This document shows positions 1-10,960 of a stretch of 64,000 bases of DNA, one piece after another. The number at the start of each line of letters is the position of its first letter. The stretch's first letter is position 1. A program made the translations under genes and the position numbers. The notes beneath the pieces were generated by a model, which did not search any database, had not been told where the DNA came from, and saw only the letters and a list, made by a program, of their open reading frames with translations. Origin of the DNA: a virus (lineage: Duplodnaviria; Caudoviricetes); the IMG/VR virus record IMGVR_UViG_3300028591_003923, positions 1-64,000 of that record. The stretch is one strand, 5' to 3'.

Positions 1-1010
1 AATAATTGTAGCGCCCTTACTACTGTAAGTTTCCCTGCATGTACGTCAATTGGCTATGGTGCATTTCAGACTTGCCAGTCCCTTACTACCGTAAGTTTCC
101 CTGTATGTACGTTAATTGGCAGTTATGCGTTTAATAATTGTAGCGCCCTTACTACTGCCGATTTTCCTGTATGTACGTCGATTAGCACGTATGCGTTTCA
201 CAGTTGCTACTCCCTTACTACCGTAAGTTTCCCTGTATGTAAGTCGATTGGATATTATACATTTTATAGTTGCCGTTCCCTTACTACTGCTGATTTCCCT
301 GTATGTAAGTCGATTGGCAATTTTGCATTTGCTAATTGTAGCGCCCTTACTACTGCTGATTTCCCTTCATGTACGTCAATTGGCGGCTCTGCGTTTTACA
401 GTTGCTACTCCCTTACTACTGTAAGTTTCCCTGTATGTACGTTAATTGGCAGTTATGCATTTTATTTTTGCACTGCTCTTACTACTGCTGATTTCCCTTT
501 ATGTACGTCAATTAACAGTTATGCGTTTCAGGCTTGCCAGTCCCTTACTACTGCTGATTTCCCTGTATGTGCGTCAATTGGCAGCTCTGCATTTTATTTT
601 TGCACTGCTCTTACTACTGCTGATTTCCCTTCATGTACGTCTATTGGCTATGGTGCATTTCAGGCTTGCTACTCCCTTACTGCTGTAAGTTTTCCTGTAT
701 GTACGTTAATTAGTTATAGTGCATTTCAGAATTGTAGCGCCCTTACTACTGCTGATTTTCCTTCATGTACGTCAATTGGCGCTTATGCATTTGATTCTTG
801 TAGAGCGCTTACTACTGCTGATTTTCCTTCATGTACGTCAATTGGCAGTTTTGCATTCCAGAATTGTAGCACCCTTACTACTGTAAGTTTTCCTGTATGT
901 AAGTCGATTGGCAGCTCTGCATTTCAGGCTTGCTACTCCCTTACTGCTGTAAGTTTTCCTGTATGTACGTTAATTGGCAGTTATGCATTTCGTAGTTGTT
1001 ATAACTTATT
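1..1010 (+). repeat. 66-bp tandem coding repeat, about 15 units
   Basis: Units begin at 1, 67, 133 ... 991; core ccttactact(gtaagt/gctgat)ttccct..atgtacgtc.attggc....gc.ttt. Confidence 0.95.
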
Positions 1011-1203
1011 ATCTTTATATTTACTTGGTTCATCCGTGCTAACACTTGATGGTGCTAATGCCTTTCATTCTACTCCAATCTCTACTTACACAACTTCCAC
1101 AGGTGGGGTTTACGGTTCTATATTTGTACCTGCAAGTCTTTACGACAGCTACATTACAGCTACTAACTGGTCAATATATTCTGCACGTATAGTTTCAGTA
1201 TAA
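1..1203 (+). CDS. BspA/TpLRR-type leucine-rich-repeat protein, 5'-truncated by the window edge
   Basis: Frame 1 is open from base 1 to TAA 1201-1203 and reads NNCSALTTVSFPACTSIGYGAFQTCQSLTTVSFP..., 22-aa repeats of C.SLTT..FP.C..IG..AF. It ends in the typical cap GSIFVPASLYDSYITATNWS. Missed by the ORF track because it has no start codon in the window. Confidence 0.9.
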   Translation, partial: NNCSALTTVSFPACTSIGYGAFQTCQSLTTVSFPVCTLIGSYAFNNCSALTTADFPVCTSISTYAFHSCYSLTTVSFPVCKSIGYYTFYSCRSLTTADFPVCKSIGNFAFANCSALTTADFPSCTSIGGSAFYSCYSLTTVSFPVCTLIGSYAFYFCTALTTADFPLCTSINSYAFQACQSLTTADFPVCASIGSSAFYFCTALTTADFPSCTSIGYGAFQACYSLTAVSFPVCTLISYSAFQNCSALTTADFPSCTSIGAYAFDSCRALTTADFPSCTSIGSFAFQNCSTLTTVSFPVCKSIGSSAFQACYSLTAVSFPVCTLIGSYAFRSCYNLLSLYLLGSSVLTLDGANAFHSTPISTYTTSTGGVYGSIFVPASLYDSYITATNWSIYSARIVSV

Positions 1204-1215
1204 ATGAGGTATTCT

Positions 1216-2028
1216 ATGAAAACAAATAGTCCTGATACTTATATATCTTTCCCAGACATTAGAGATTATACTTTATCCTCTAAAATCAACACATGTAATC
1301 TTCCTCTAACCTATATCAATTCTCCCCTAAAAATCAAATCTCAAGGCGCGCAGTCAACATGTGTGGCTCACGCCTTGGCTTCATTGATTGAATTTCACAA
1401 CTTTAAAGAAACTCAATCGTACATGCGTTTTAGTACTGATTTTATTTACGGCTGTCGATTTGATGCTGCTTATTTAGGAGATGGTATGTGTTTACGCGAT
1501 GGTTTAAAGGTGATTCAAAAATACGGTGACGTAGAATATTCCCTACTTCCTGGTAATACTAATGTATCAAAGGCGCGCAGCAAAGTCGAACGAAATTTTA
1601 GTCAGTTACGGCGCGCGGCCTATCCGAATCGTATTAGTGCGTATTATAAAATTAAAACATTAGATGAATTAAAATATTCTCTATATTACGACGGACCAGT
1701 AATAGCAACTATGAAATGGTATAAGAAAAGTAATGCGTTTATGGATGGAATCTATCACTACGATCCATCCAATGATTTTTCTTATCATGCTGTGTTAATA
1801 ATTGGTTGGGATAAAAATAATTTAATAGTTCAAAATTCTTGGGGTATCTTCTTTGGTAAAATGGGTTTATTTTACATACCATTTAAACAAATGAATCAAA
1901 TTTTTGTCGAATTTTATGGTGTTACAGATAATATTACGAATGTTAAACAACCATCGAAAACAACTAAAGTATGTAGTCCTATAATTAATTTAATCTTTAA
2001 ATTGTTAAAGCCACTTTTAAAAATTTGA
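1216..2028 (+). CDS. C1A (papain-family) cysteine peptidase
   Basis: SQGAQSTCVAHA (oxyanion Q, catalytic C), YHAVLIIGW (H), QNSWG (N); start after gaggt RBS. Confidence 0.85.
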   Translation: MKTNSPDTYISFPDIRDYTLSSKINTCNLPLTYINSPLKIKSQGAQSTCVAHALASLIEFHNFKETQSYMRFSTDFIYGCRFDAAYLGDGMCLRDGLKVIQKYGDVEYSLLPGNTNVSKARSKVERNFSQLRRAAYPNRISAYYKIKTLDELKYSLYYDGPVIATMKWYKKSNAFMDGIYHYDPSNDFSYHAVLIIGWDKNNLIVQNSWGIFFGKMGLFYIPFKQMNQIFVEFYGVTDNITNVKQPSKTTKVCSPIINLIFKLLKPLLKI

Positions 2029-2053
2029 CACATACTCATATTTATGCTATACT
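2025..2053 (+). promoter_or_regulatory. sigma-A type promoter
   Basis: TTGACA-17 nt-TATACT with TG extended -10. Confidence 0.75.
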
Positions 2054-2092
2054 AAAATAAGAAGGGATAATAATATTAAAAAGGAGCACTCA

Positions 2093-3070
2093 ATGAAATT
2101 ACAAATATTAATACCTCAATACGAGGAAACTGATGAAATTATAAAACCTCTTCTTGACTCAATTGCTCTTCAGCAAAATGTAGATTTTAATGAAGTAGGT
2201 GTTATTATTGCAAATGATGGTTCTGACGTACATTTATCTGATGAATTACTTGAATCATATCCATATGATATTAAATATATTCTTGCACCACATGGCGGTG
2301 TATCGGCCGCGCGCAATGTATGTCTTGATAATGCGACAGCAGAATATGTAATGTTTTGTGATGCAGACGACATGTTTTTTAATATGTGCGGTTTATGGGT
2401 TATATTTCGTGAAATGAGTTTGGGTGTATTTGATTCACTTACTTCAATTTTTATTGAAGAAACTCGTAACCCAGAAACAAATGAACCTTTTTATATTAAT
2501 CGTGAAGGTGACAGCACTTTTGTTCATGGTAAAGTCCATCGTCGCCAATATTTAATTGAAAAAGATATACGCTGGAATCCGGACCTTACTATTCATGAAG
2601 ATAGTTTTTTCAATATTCAATGTGGCGCTTTATCACAAAATGTTAAATATTGTCAATCTCCATTCTATTTATGGAAATGGCGCGATGATTCGGTTTGTCG
2701 TCATGACCCAAAATACATTCTTAAAACTTATCGTAATATGATTGATAGTAATAATGCTTTAATTAAAGAGTTTCGTCGTAAAGGGTATCCAGATAAAGCT
2801 GCTTTTTATCTTGCCTTTATGATTTTTGATGCATATTATACAATGAATAAACCAGAGTGGATTAATCAAGAGAATAAAGAATATCGAGATTCTACCGAGC
2901 GTCATTTCGCAGAATATTACAAAGAAAATAAAGCAGTATGGCAAATGATACCATCGCAAGAGAAAATGCAAATTTCTCAAGGGGTGCGCGATAGAAGTAT
3001 AGCTGAAGGTATGCAAATGGAATTGATGACAATAGATGAATGGTTAAATCATATTGAACAATTAGCATAA
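2093..3070 (+). CDS. Family 2 glycosyltransferase
   Basis: IIANDGS, GVSAARN, FCDADD (DxD) and HED motifs. Confidence 0.9.
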   Translation: MKLQILIPQYEETDEIIKPLLDSIALQQNVDFNEVGVIIANDGSDVHLSDELLESYPYDIKYILAPHGGVSAARNVCLDNATAEYVMFCDADDMFFNMCGLWVIFREMSLGVFDSLTSIFIEETRNPETNEPFYINREGDSTFVHGKVHRRQYLIEKDIRWNPDLTIHEDSFFNIQCGALSQNVKYCQSPFYLWKWRDDSVCRHDPKYILKTYRNMIDSNNALIKEFRRKGYPDKAAFYLAFMIFDAYYTMNKPEWINQENKEYRDSTERHFAEYYKENKAVWQMIPSQEKMQISQGVRDRSIAEGMQMELMTIDEWLNHIEQLA

Positions 3071-3090
3071 TTATATACTATGTAAAAATC

Positions 3091-3115
3091 TAAGACGCTT
3101 CGGCGTCTTATTTTT
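3091..3115 (+). terminator. Intrinsic terminator
   Basis: taagacgc-ttcg-gcgtctta followed by T-run. Confidence 0.85.
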
Positions 3116-3174
3116 ATACTCATTTTCGTTCTTTCCTACTTATTTATAGACAAGGAAAAGGAGGTCGATTAGCC

Positions 3175-3405
3175 ATGGCGTACAAATATTTTAATCCAAA
3201 TCCTTCAAACTTGTCTGTTGGTGATTGCGTAATTCGCGCAATTGCCAAACTTACTAATTATAACTGGCAAGACACCTATGACAGAGGCTATAGTGGTGAC
3301 AGCAAAGAAGAAATGATTGAAAAGCTGAAAGATATGATGATGAAAGCTGACAAACCAGAAATGAAACAAGCTATTCAGAATTGTATTGCTACTATGGAGA
3401 AATAG
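3175..3405 (+). CDS. Small protein, probably a deletion chimera of two phage genes
   Basis: Strong RBS aggaggt; NPNP...GDCVIRAI N-terminus joined to an unrelated helical C-terminus; terminator hairpin at about 3418-3449. Confidence 0.6.
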   Translation: MAYKYFNPNPSNLSVGDCVIRAIAKLTNYNWQDTYDRGYSGDSKEEMIEKLKDMMMKADKPEMKQAIQNCIATMEK

Positions 3406-3471
3406 ATAGATTATTATGGGCGCCTATGTTTTATGCATAGGCGTCTTTTATATAGATAGGAGACAAAGGAA

Positions 3472-4470
3472 ATGAAGGGAGATTTTACTGGATTCACCTT
3501 CGTATATAACGGTCATTCCTATACGACTGAAGAGTTAGGAATAACAAGGGTGAGTGATGGAGACAGGTATAACGAACCGCTTATACCAGAATTAGAAGAT
3601 AAAACAATAGAAATTCCTGGCTTAGACGGTAGTTACTATTATGGTAGTGACTTCAAGTCAAGAAATTTTCCTATAAAAATTGCATATGATTCACTAAATG
3701 AAACCCAGTTCAGGTTGATGAGGCAGATATTTGGCGTTAAACATACGGGTTTACTTATTTTCGATGAAGCGCCGTATAAGCAATATCGCGTGAAGATAGC
3801 CTCGCCGCCGGAGCTGGATTTTGTGTGCTTTGATGAACGAATTAAAGAAGAAGTTGATTTTGATGGAATTAAAGGTCAAACTACTGTTGAGCGAAATACA
3901 CAAAATACGCATCGTATTTATAAAGGCGAAGGTACAATTGAGTTTGTAGCTTACTATCCATTTGCAATTCAAGTATTTAAGACACTTAATGAATATGAAG
4001 ATACGGATTATCCAAATAAGAGTGAATGGGCCGCAGCAAGTAGATTACTTGACACATCAGATGATTTATCTAATGAAATTGATTTAACTAATGGCCAAAT
4101 TAATTTATATAATGCTGGTGATGTAGATATTGGCTTTTCACTTTATGTTCCTTTTACAGAGCAACCTTTTAATTCAGATATACAATTAAGTTATTCTTCT
4201 TATGAATTACGTATTTTAAATACAATAACTAAAAAAGGCGAAGACAAAGGCTTTTTAATTAATACCGTTAATGGATTAGTTGAAGGAGTATCAACTGATT
4301 TATCTGCTGAATACGATACATTAGTTACGTCTGGCAATATATATAATGAATATGCAATAGGCAATTTTTTCAAGGTCGCGCCAAATACGGATAAAAATGA
4401 ACGTACAATCATTGAATTAGAAGGCGGCGTTGAAGGAATGAAACTTTATTATAATTACTTATACTTTTAG
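3472..4470 (+). CDS. Distal tail protein (Dit)-like
   Basis: FTGFTF N-terminus, IPGLDG, LIFDEAPYK, GTIEFVAYYPF, NAGDV motifs; lies just before the Tal-like gene. Confidence 0.75.
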   Translation: MKGDFTGFTFVYNGHSYTTEELGITRVSDGDRYNEPLIPELEDKTIEIPGLDGSYYYGSDFKSRNFPIKIAYDSLNETQFRLMRQIFGVKHTGLLIFDEAPYKQYRVKIASPPELDFVCFDERIKEEVDFDGIKGQTTVERNTQNTHRIYKGEGTIEFVAYYPFAIQVFKTLNEYEDTDYPNKSEWAAASRLLDTSDDLSNEIDLTNGQINLYNAGDVDIGFSLYVPFTEQPFNSDIQLSYSSYELRILNTITKKGEDKGFLINTVNGLVEGVSTDLSAEYDTLVTSGNIYNEYAIGNFFKVAPNTDKNERTIIELEGGVEGMKLYYNYLYF

Positions 4471-4481
4471 GAGGAAAAGGA

Positions 4482-7400
4482 ATGGCGATTTTAAGAAAGC
4501 CATATGAAATTTCGGTCTGGGAAGACATATTAGTGGCTGAAGATGAAAAAGATGGTGAAATAATTCCTAGCCACTATGAAGAAAATCGAATAATGGTCAT
4601 TGGATCGGATGAAATGACATCGCCTAATAAAGCGTTTTCTCCTGTTCTAATAAAGAATATGAATGGAGAGGTTACTTTAACCTTTTCAATGGCTTATAAA
4701 TATTTTGACCCTGCATCTAATGCAGAGGTTATTAATCCATTTATTGGATATTTAATTAACGAAAGAAAAGTCAAGCTTCATTATGACAATAAATGGTATG
4801 ACCTTATCATTGTAGACCATCAAGAAGATAGTGAGACAATGGTTTGGCAATATACAGCTAAAGATGCTTTTATTAATGAATTGTCAAAGAATGGATATGC
4901 TATTGAATTTAGTACCGAATTAGGAAATAATCAAGGTACTGCGATTCAGTTAGCAAAAGAAACTTTAAAAAACACAGATTGGACTGTTGATGAAGAAAAC
5001 TCAGATACGTTAGTTCAAAAAGTAAACGAACCAATGGTGCGCGCAAATGTAGAAACGGCTTTTTCGATTGATATAGTCGGAGAATTGGCAGAAGGTGAAG
5101 AGCGTACTGTTACTATTGAAGCAAACGAAGAAATATATGTATTTTATAGTTATATAGCTAATAAGGAGGCTAAGTTTGTTCAATTTCTGCGAAAAAGTGA
5201 TGAGGATACATTCACTTACGATGATAATAATAACATCATTGGTAGGAATTATCGTATTACTTCTGACATATCGTATACGATAGTCGATGAGAAAATCACT
5301 GGATTTGACGTAGATGGCGGCGGTGCCTGCCAAATCCTGTACGAGGACGACCGCGCGCAGTATACGACCAATCAAGGATATAGAATCGTATACGGGCCGC
5401 TCACTACATACGACCCAGTTATGGAACGTACGGTTGACCGTTATCAGGCCAACTTTCAAGATGGGACAACTCAAGAGGTATATAAATATACAGATAGTGA
5501 CTATACTACTTCTAATGTGGTTCAGTCATATATAACAAATGGTTCTAATTTTAATGTACTTGAAGATGGGTCATTACAGGGATGGAGTAATGCCACTTCA
5601 ACAAATAAAACAGATGAGAGTGGAAAGAAAATATATCAGCATATATCTTTGACCACTTATCCAGAACTTGATACTGGTACGAAGCTTATACAGTTAACTG
5701 ACTTGACTCGTATTCAAGGTTTTTTAGAGTTAAAGTTTGATGGAGTTTTAGATAGCTCTTTTAACTACACCTATTTCAACTCTGGCTTTGAGGATAATGC
5801 TGGTTTTATTGACCATATTTCAGGTGGACAAGAGTTCGTTTTCCGTATTGCTTGCGCGAAGGCTAATGAGAAGCATGGAGATTTAATTCCATTGGACGAC
5901 CCTGGCGTTCGTGCGATGGTTGCTTACTATAAAGAAGACGAATCAAGTAGCTCTATTTTAAAAAGAACTAACTATCGCTATATAGAAAATAAAGAAGATA
6001 TAATTCTTAATTTTGACGGTAGTGGAGAAAAAGGTGAATGGGTTTTAGACAATCCAACGATTACTGGAGGTACTTTTTCTGTTGATTCAACTACTGGAGA
6101 AACGGATTATAAAAACTATGTAATTAATAATGTAGTTCAAGAACCTACGACAAATTCGGTTTATAAAGTTGAGGGTGATTCAACTGATTATGTTTGGGAT
6201 AGTAAGACTTCTAAATATGTTCAAAAAACCGATACGAATTTTGTTAATTATTATCGTACAATCGCGCGGGCGCGAAAACCGGTAGCAAATACAATAATGA
6301 CTGACCCGACAGTTAAAATTGGTATTTTCCTTTATACTACCGACGGCGCGCTGTGTGAGCCAGACGTATACACATATATTTCTGACATTCAAATAACAAA
6401 ATGTGTATATGATAAAAATGAAAAGCCAATTACTGTTGGAAATATACCTACGACAACAGTGACAGAGACACCAACTTACTATTTAAAACCAAAGGATGGC
6501 ACAACTAAAGAAAAAGTTGATGTATATTATACGTTAGGTGGACTTCAAAGTGCTATTGGCGCGAGTTCAATTGAGCCTATTTATAATAATGATTCAGAAA
6601 AGATTTTATCAATTAATGAAGCTCAATCAAATTGCTTTAATATATTACAAACAATTTGTGAAACTTTTGAATGTTGGCTCGATATAGAAGTAACGCATGA
6701 CACAATTGGTGCAGTTGAACCTGGTACTAAACGTATTTTATTAAAAGAATTTGCTGGTAAAGATAATTTTGCTGGTTTTAAATATGGAATTAATTTAAAA
6801 TCAATTCAACGTACTTTAAATAGTGAAGAAATTGTTACGAAGTTAATTGTAGATAACGTACAGAGTGATTACGTTGATGAAGGCGTGATGTCTATACGTA
6901 ATGCAACCGCAAACCCAAGCGGTGAAGCTAATATAATTAATTTCGATTACTATATAAATAAAGGTTTAATTAAAAATGGTGAAGATTGTCGTAATGACTT
7001 AATTGCTTATCAGGCCGAAATGAAAGGCTATAATAATCAATTAAAGGAATTACAGACGCAAAAGAGTAAGCTTGACCTTGCTTTAGAAAAATTAAAAGCA
7101 GATAGAAATGTTTATACCGAATTAATTGACACAGCGAAGGATAAATATAATGAAGGGCTAGCCGATTTTAAAAAAGCAACTGGTTGGGATTATAATGATT
7201 ATGTAGAACAATATGGAACAATAACTTCTATAGTTGATATGGCGCCAATTCAGCCTTCTGATATGGATGTTACTGGAGAAGAGGTTCCTACAGACGACCC
7301 TACGCCGAAAGATTCTACTAGTTGGACTTATAGTAGTTTAGGTTATGGCTTTGCAATTTATGGCGGAAAAGTCTATTGCGCAGACCAATATTTTAGTTCT

Positions 7401-10400
7401 TATTGGGGCGAAAGAGATTACGATGACTATTATACTTCTCGTTTAAGATGCTATCAAGATGGGGTATGGAAGGAAGAATGGTCAGTAAATAATACTGAAG
7501 AGCCTCTATTCCCAGAAGACGACCCTAAATACCATCAAAGTGATGCTTGGGATGCTGCTTGGGCTAATCATACTGCTGACGACCATGGCGCGGATGCAGT
7601 TAAAACCGCGACGGGGTCAATGAAGCTTGAAAACTATGGTTATTGCTATTGGGATTCTAAAAATTATTTAGCAGTTGGTTTATATTCTCCAGCTGATATA
7701 AATGTAAAATACTATCGTTTATATACTTGGAGCGATGAATCTAGTAGTTGGGTTAATGTTTATGAAGGTAATACTCCTCCTGGTGTTGGTAATGATTATA
7801 GAACCCCTTGGAATGATGCTTGGGGTAATCGAGGAAGAACTCGCCATGGAGAAACTACATTAAATAATGGCGACCTTACTGACCATGATGCTATAATTGA
7901 AATAGTTGGTCAGCTCTATACAGCTTCTGCGACTATAAACAATTATGCAGGAATTTTAACTAACCTTAATCAAGAATATGATAAGTTAAAACTTCAAGTT
8001 TATGGCGCGATTGATTATAACATTTCACTTTCTTCTATTGATGTAACAGAAGAAAACGAACAAACCTATCGTTATTCACGTTTGGTTTTAAGTGACTATA
8101 TAGATGGAAATGATACTTTTGCTTTTTACTTCTACAGAACAGGTAGTACTGAAGATAAAGTTGAATATGAATCAACGGTTAGTACTAAATCATTTGAAGT
8201 TTATCGCCCTGTTAATGAATGGTATGACATTGTTACAGTAACAGCTATACCAGAACATTATCAATTATTTAAAACAGATAGTACAGATGCAATCGCGCTG
8301 AATACACCAATTCAAATAGTAGAGCAAGGTGTTGAAACATATCAGTTACTTCCGGATGAACAATGGAAGAACGAACATACAGGACTTCAAGAATTAATTG
8401 ATGAAATTCAAGAACAAAAAGATACTTGTGAAAAAGCTTTTTACACAAAGTATTCACATTATATAAAAGAAGGTACATGGAGTTCAAACGACTATGTTGA
8501 TGCAGAACTTTATTACCTTGATGCTTTACAAACGTCCGCTAATTCAGCAATGCCGAAGGTTGAATATTCAATTGATGTAGCTGAAGTCAGTGAATTAGAA
8601 GGGCTTGAAAATTATCAATTTGAAGTTGGTGATAAAACTTATATTGAGGATACGGAATTTTTTGGTTGGAACACATATTATGTTAATAACGAAACTAATG
8701 AAATTACGTACATTGCGCCGGCGCCAGATGAGTTTGAAAATTATAAATCATGTTTAAGGCCGGCGCGCGAAGAAATTATCGTATCTCAGGTTGAATGGCA
8801 TTTAGATGAACCGGAGACAAACGTAATTACGGTTCAGAACTACAAAACTCGATTTGAAGACTTATTCCAAAGGCTGAGCGCGACCGTACAAACAGTTCAA
8901 TATAATGAAGCCACTTATGCAAAAATAACTTCTTTACTTGATGTAGATGGAACAATTAATCAAAATGTTTTACTTGCTTCACTTAATGGTATTAGTGGTA
9001 GTACTTATGCGCTCACTTCAGATGGTTCAATAAAAATTACTGGAGACGAAATCCTTGTCCAGAATTTGACAAATCCTTCTAATTTTGTTAAAATAAATAG
9101 TGAGGGAATTAGAATTTCTTCAGACGGTCAAAAAACATGGGAAACAGCTATTGATGGTAATGGTATTAATGCTGGATTAGTTACAAGTGGAGAACTTAAT
9201 ACAGAACAAATTACAATTGGTAGTCGAGAAAATCCTACTTTCCGTTGGGATAAATACGGACTTAATGCATATAAGCAAGCCGCAGAGAATGAACCTTATG
9301 ACCTTAATACTTTTGTAAGGTTTGACCAATATGGACTTTATGGAGTTCAGAAAGGAGAAAGTTACAAGGCACATTCGCTTGCAGAAGTTAAACGTGATGC
9401 ACAGTTTGGTTTAACTTGGGATGGCTTCTTTATTAAGAATTCATATACAGGCGGCGGCTTAGTACAGATTACCAGTGATAATGACTTCCAAGTTATTAAT
9501 TCTGACCAAACTGAAAAAATTAAAATTGGTGCGCTTGAATGGACTGATGGAGATACAGTTACGACAACACCGATTCCTGGCGTCGCGCCAAGTCTGTATG
9601 GAATTAGGATTAACAACAATGCAGGACAGACTGTTTTCAAAACGGGCGATGATGGAAATTTAACGATTACTGGTACTATTAATGCTACTGCTGGTAATAT
9701 TGGCGGAATGGTAGTGAATAATGACTGGTTAAGAATGAACTATATTGTTCTTGAGCCAGGTGAAGGTATTTATTCAACTTATCCAAATAGAAAAGGAGAG
9801 CCACCAGTTGACCCATCAATTAGTGCTTACCCATTCTGGATTAGTGATACTGATGGTAGCGCGATATTTAACAATGTAACCGTTCGTGGTGCTATAAAAA
9901 CAAGCGTATTTGAATACGAAGAAATTCAAGCCGTTGGTGGCGCGTTTATGTTTAGACCGTCAACGACAATTAAAGAAGTAGAACAAAGCGGCGATGATTT
10001 AATTATAAAAGTTGAAAAACCGCTTATATTACGTGATGGTGCTTGGTATAAGGTAAGCAACTACAATGAAGATACGACAGTTGATGCCGATGAATCATCT
10101 ACTTTTGGATTAACACATATATATCAGTTATCAAAAGTTGCAATAAGAGATAATGAAAATAACATTACTGGATATACGTTGACCTTACTTGGCGCGGCTG
10201 CGTTATTAGATGCGGTTGATATTAACGATATACCAGGTGGCTCTATTATTGACATGGGTTATGAATCAAGCCATAGTTCATACAATAATGGCGCAAATAA
10301 CTATGGAATTGGAATTAATAGTTCTGATAATTATATTAATTTGCCACCGCGCGCAATTAGCTTATTTGAAACTGAAGTTGACCATACGAAAACCCCTAAG

Positions 10401-10946
10401 GTATCGTATAAATATAAAGGAATTCTGGGCACACTGCCAGATGAAAGATTAAATAACTTAAACGTAAATACTAGTATCTATCAAAATATGAGAGGTACTC
10501 AAGGTATTTATACAAATAATATGTATATAGGTGATAATAAAAATTTTGTTACCTATTATTATGATAAAACTGCGCAAGAATATAGATTAATTATTAACGC
10601 AGATACTATTTATGAAGGTTATGATGATGAGGGTGACCCAATACCAGTAGGTGGAGACGGAAAAGACGGTGAAGATGCAATTACTGTTATAATTGATTCT
10701 TCAGCTGGTAATATGTTTGTACGTCAAGACATTCGTACTACATTAACTTGTCACGTCTATCAAGGTAGTGGTATGGACCCAGACCATGATATAACCGACC
10801 AAGTGACTAAGTTTACTTGGGTTAAATATGATAAAGATGGTGTAAAAGATGAAACATGGGCAAGACTGCCTGGCGGCCAAAGTATTACAATCGGTCCGGA
10901 GGATGTTGCATCTAAAGCAATTTTTAAATGTGAAGTAGAATTTTAG
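4482..10946 (+). CDS. Large tail tip / Tal-like (prophage tail endopeptidase family) protein, 2154 aa
   Basis: N-terminal NGEVTLTF and INERKVKL, YGINLKSIQRT, PKVEYSIDV, FEVGD hub motifs, coiled coils, beta-helix-like C-terminus. Confidence 0.8.
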   Translation: MAILRKPYEISVWEDILVAEDEKDGEIIPSHYEENRIMVIGSDEMTSPNKAFSPVLIKNMNGEVTLTFSMAYKYFDPASNAEVINPFIGYLINERKVKLHYDNKWYDLIIVDHQEDSETMVWQYTAKDAFINELSKNGYAIEFSTELGNNQGTAIQLAKETLKNTDWTVDEENSDTLVQKVNEPMVRANVETAFSIDIVGELAEGEERTVTIEANEEIYVFYSYIANKEAKFVQFLRKSDEDTFTYDDNNNIIGRNYRITSDISYTIVDEKITGFDVDGGGACQILYEDDRAQYTTNQGYRIVYGPLTTYDPVMERTVDRYQANFQDGTTQEVYKYTDSDYTTSNVVQSYITNGSNFNVLEDGSLQGWSNATSTNKTDESGKKIYQHISLTTYPELDTGTKLIQLTDLTRIQGFLELKFDGVLDSSFNYTYFNSGFEDNAGFIDHISGGQEFVFRIACAKANEKHGDLIPLDDPGVRAMVAYYKEDESSSSILKRTNYRYIENKEDIILNFDGSGEKGEWVLDNPTITGGTFSVDSTTGETDYKNYVINNVVQEPTTNSVYKVEGDSTDYVWDSKTSKYVQKTDTNFVNYYRTIARARKPVANTIMTDPTVKIGIFLYTTDGALCEPDVYTYISDIQITKCVYDKNEKPITVGNIPTTTVTETPTYYLKPKDGTTKEKVDVYYTLGGLQSAIGASSIEPIYNNDSEKILSINEAQSNCFNILQTICETFECWLDIEVTHDTIGAVEPGTKRILLKEFAGKDNFAGFKYGINLKSIQRTLNSEEIVTKLIVDNVQSDYVDEGVMSIRNATANPSGEANIINFDYYINKGLIKNGEDCRNDLIAYQAEMKGYNNQLKELQTQKSKLDLALEKLKADRNVYTELIDTAKDKYNEGLADFKKATGWDYNDYVEQYGTITSIVDMAPIQPSDMDVTGEEVPTDDPTPKDSTSWTYSSLGYGFAIYGGKVYCADQYFSSYWGERDYDDYYTSRLRCYQDGVWKEEWSVNNTEEPLFPEDDPKYHQSDAWDAAWANHTADDHGADAVKTATGSMKLENYGYCYWDSKNYLAVGLYSPADINVKYYRLYTWSDESSSWVNVYEGNTPPGVGNDYRTPWNDAWGNRGRTRHGETTLNNGDLTDHDAIIEIVGQLYTASATINNYAGILTNLNQEYDKLKLQVYGAIDYNISLSSIDVTEENEQTYRYSRLVLSDYIDGNDTFAFYFYRTGSTEDKVEYESTVSTKSFEVYRPVNEWYDIVTVTAIPEHYQLFKTDSTDAIALNTPIQIVEQGVETYQLLPDEQWKNEHTGLQELIDEIQEQKDTCEKAFYTKYSHYIKEGTWSSNDYVDAELYYLDALQTSANSAMPKVEYSIDVAEVSELEGLENYQFEVGDKTYIEDTEFFGWNTYYVNNETNEITYIAPAPDEFENYKSCLRPAREEIIVSQVEWHLDEPETNVITVQNYKTRFEDLFQRLSATVQTVQYNEATYAKITSLLDVDGTINQNVLLASLNGISGSTYALTSDGSIKITGDEILVQNLTNPSNFVKINSEGIRISSDGQKTWETAIDGNGINAGLVTSGELNTEQITIGSRENPTFRWDKYGLNAYKQAAENEPYDLNTFVRFDQYGLYGVQKGESYKAHSLAEVKRDAQFGLTWDGFFIKNSYTGGGLVQITSDNDFQVINSDQTEKIKIGALEWTDGDTVTTTPIPGVAPSLYGIRINNNAGQTVFKTGDDGNLTITGTINATAGNIGGMVVNNDWLRMNYIVLEPGEGIYSTYPNRKGEPPVDPSISAYPFWISDTDGSAIFNNVTVRGAIKTSVFEYEEIQAVGGAFMFRPSTTIKEVEQSGDDLIIKVEKPLILRDGAWYKVSNYNEDTTVDADESSTFGLTHIYQLSKVAIRDNENNITGYTLTLLGAAALLDAVDINDIPGGSIIDMGYESSHSSYNNGANNYGIGINSSDNYINLPPRAISLFETEVDHTKTPKVSYKYKGILGTLPDERLNNLNVNTSIYQNMRGTQGIYTNNMYIGDNKNFVTYYYDKTAQEYRLIINADTIYEGYDDEGDPIPVGGDGKDGEDAITVIIDSSAGNMFVRQDIRTTLTCHVYQGSGMDPDHDITDQVTKFTWVKYDKDGVKDETWARLPGGQSITIGPEDVASKAIFKCEVEF

Positions 10947-10960
10947 GAGGAGAAGGGAAA

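Noticed and set aside
446-688. Leu-rich 80-aa ORF
   Set aside because: Alternate-frame shadow of the LRR repeat gene.
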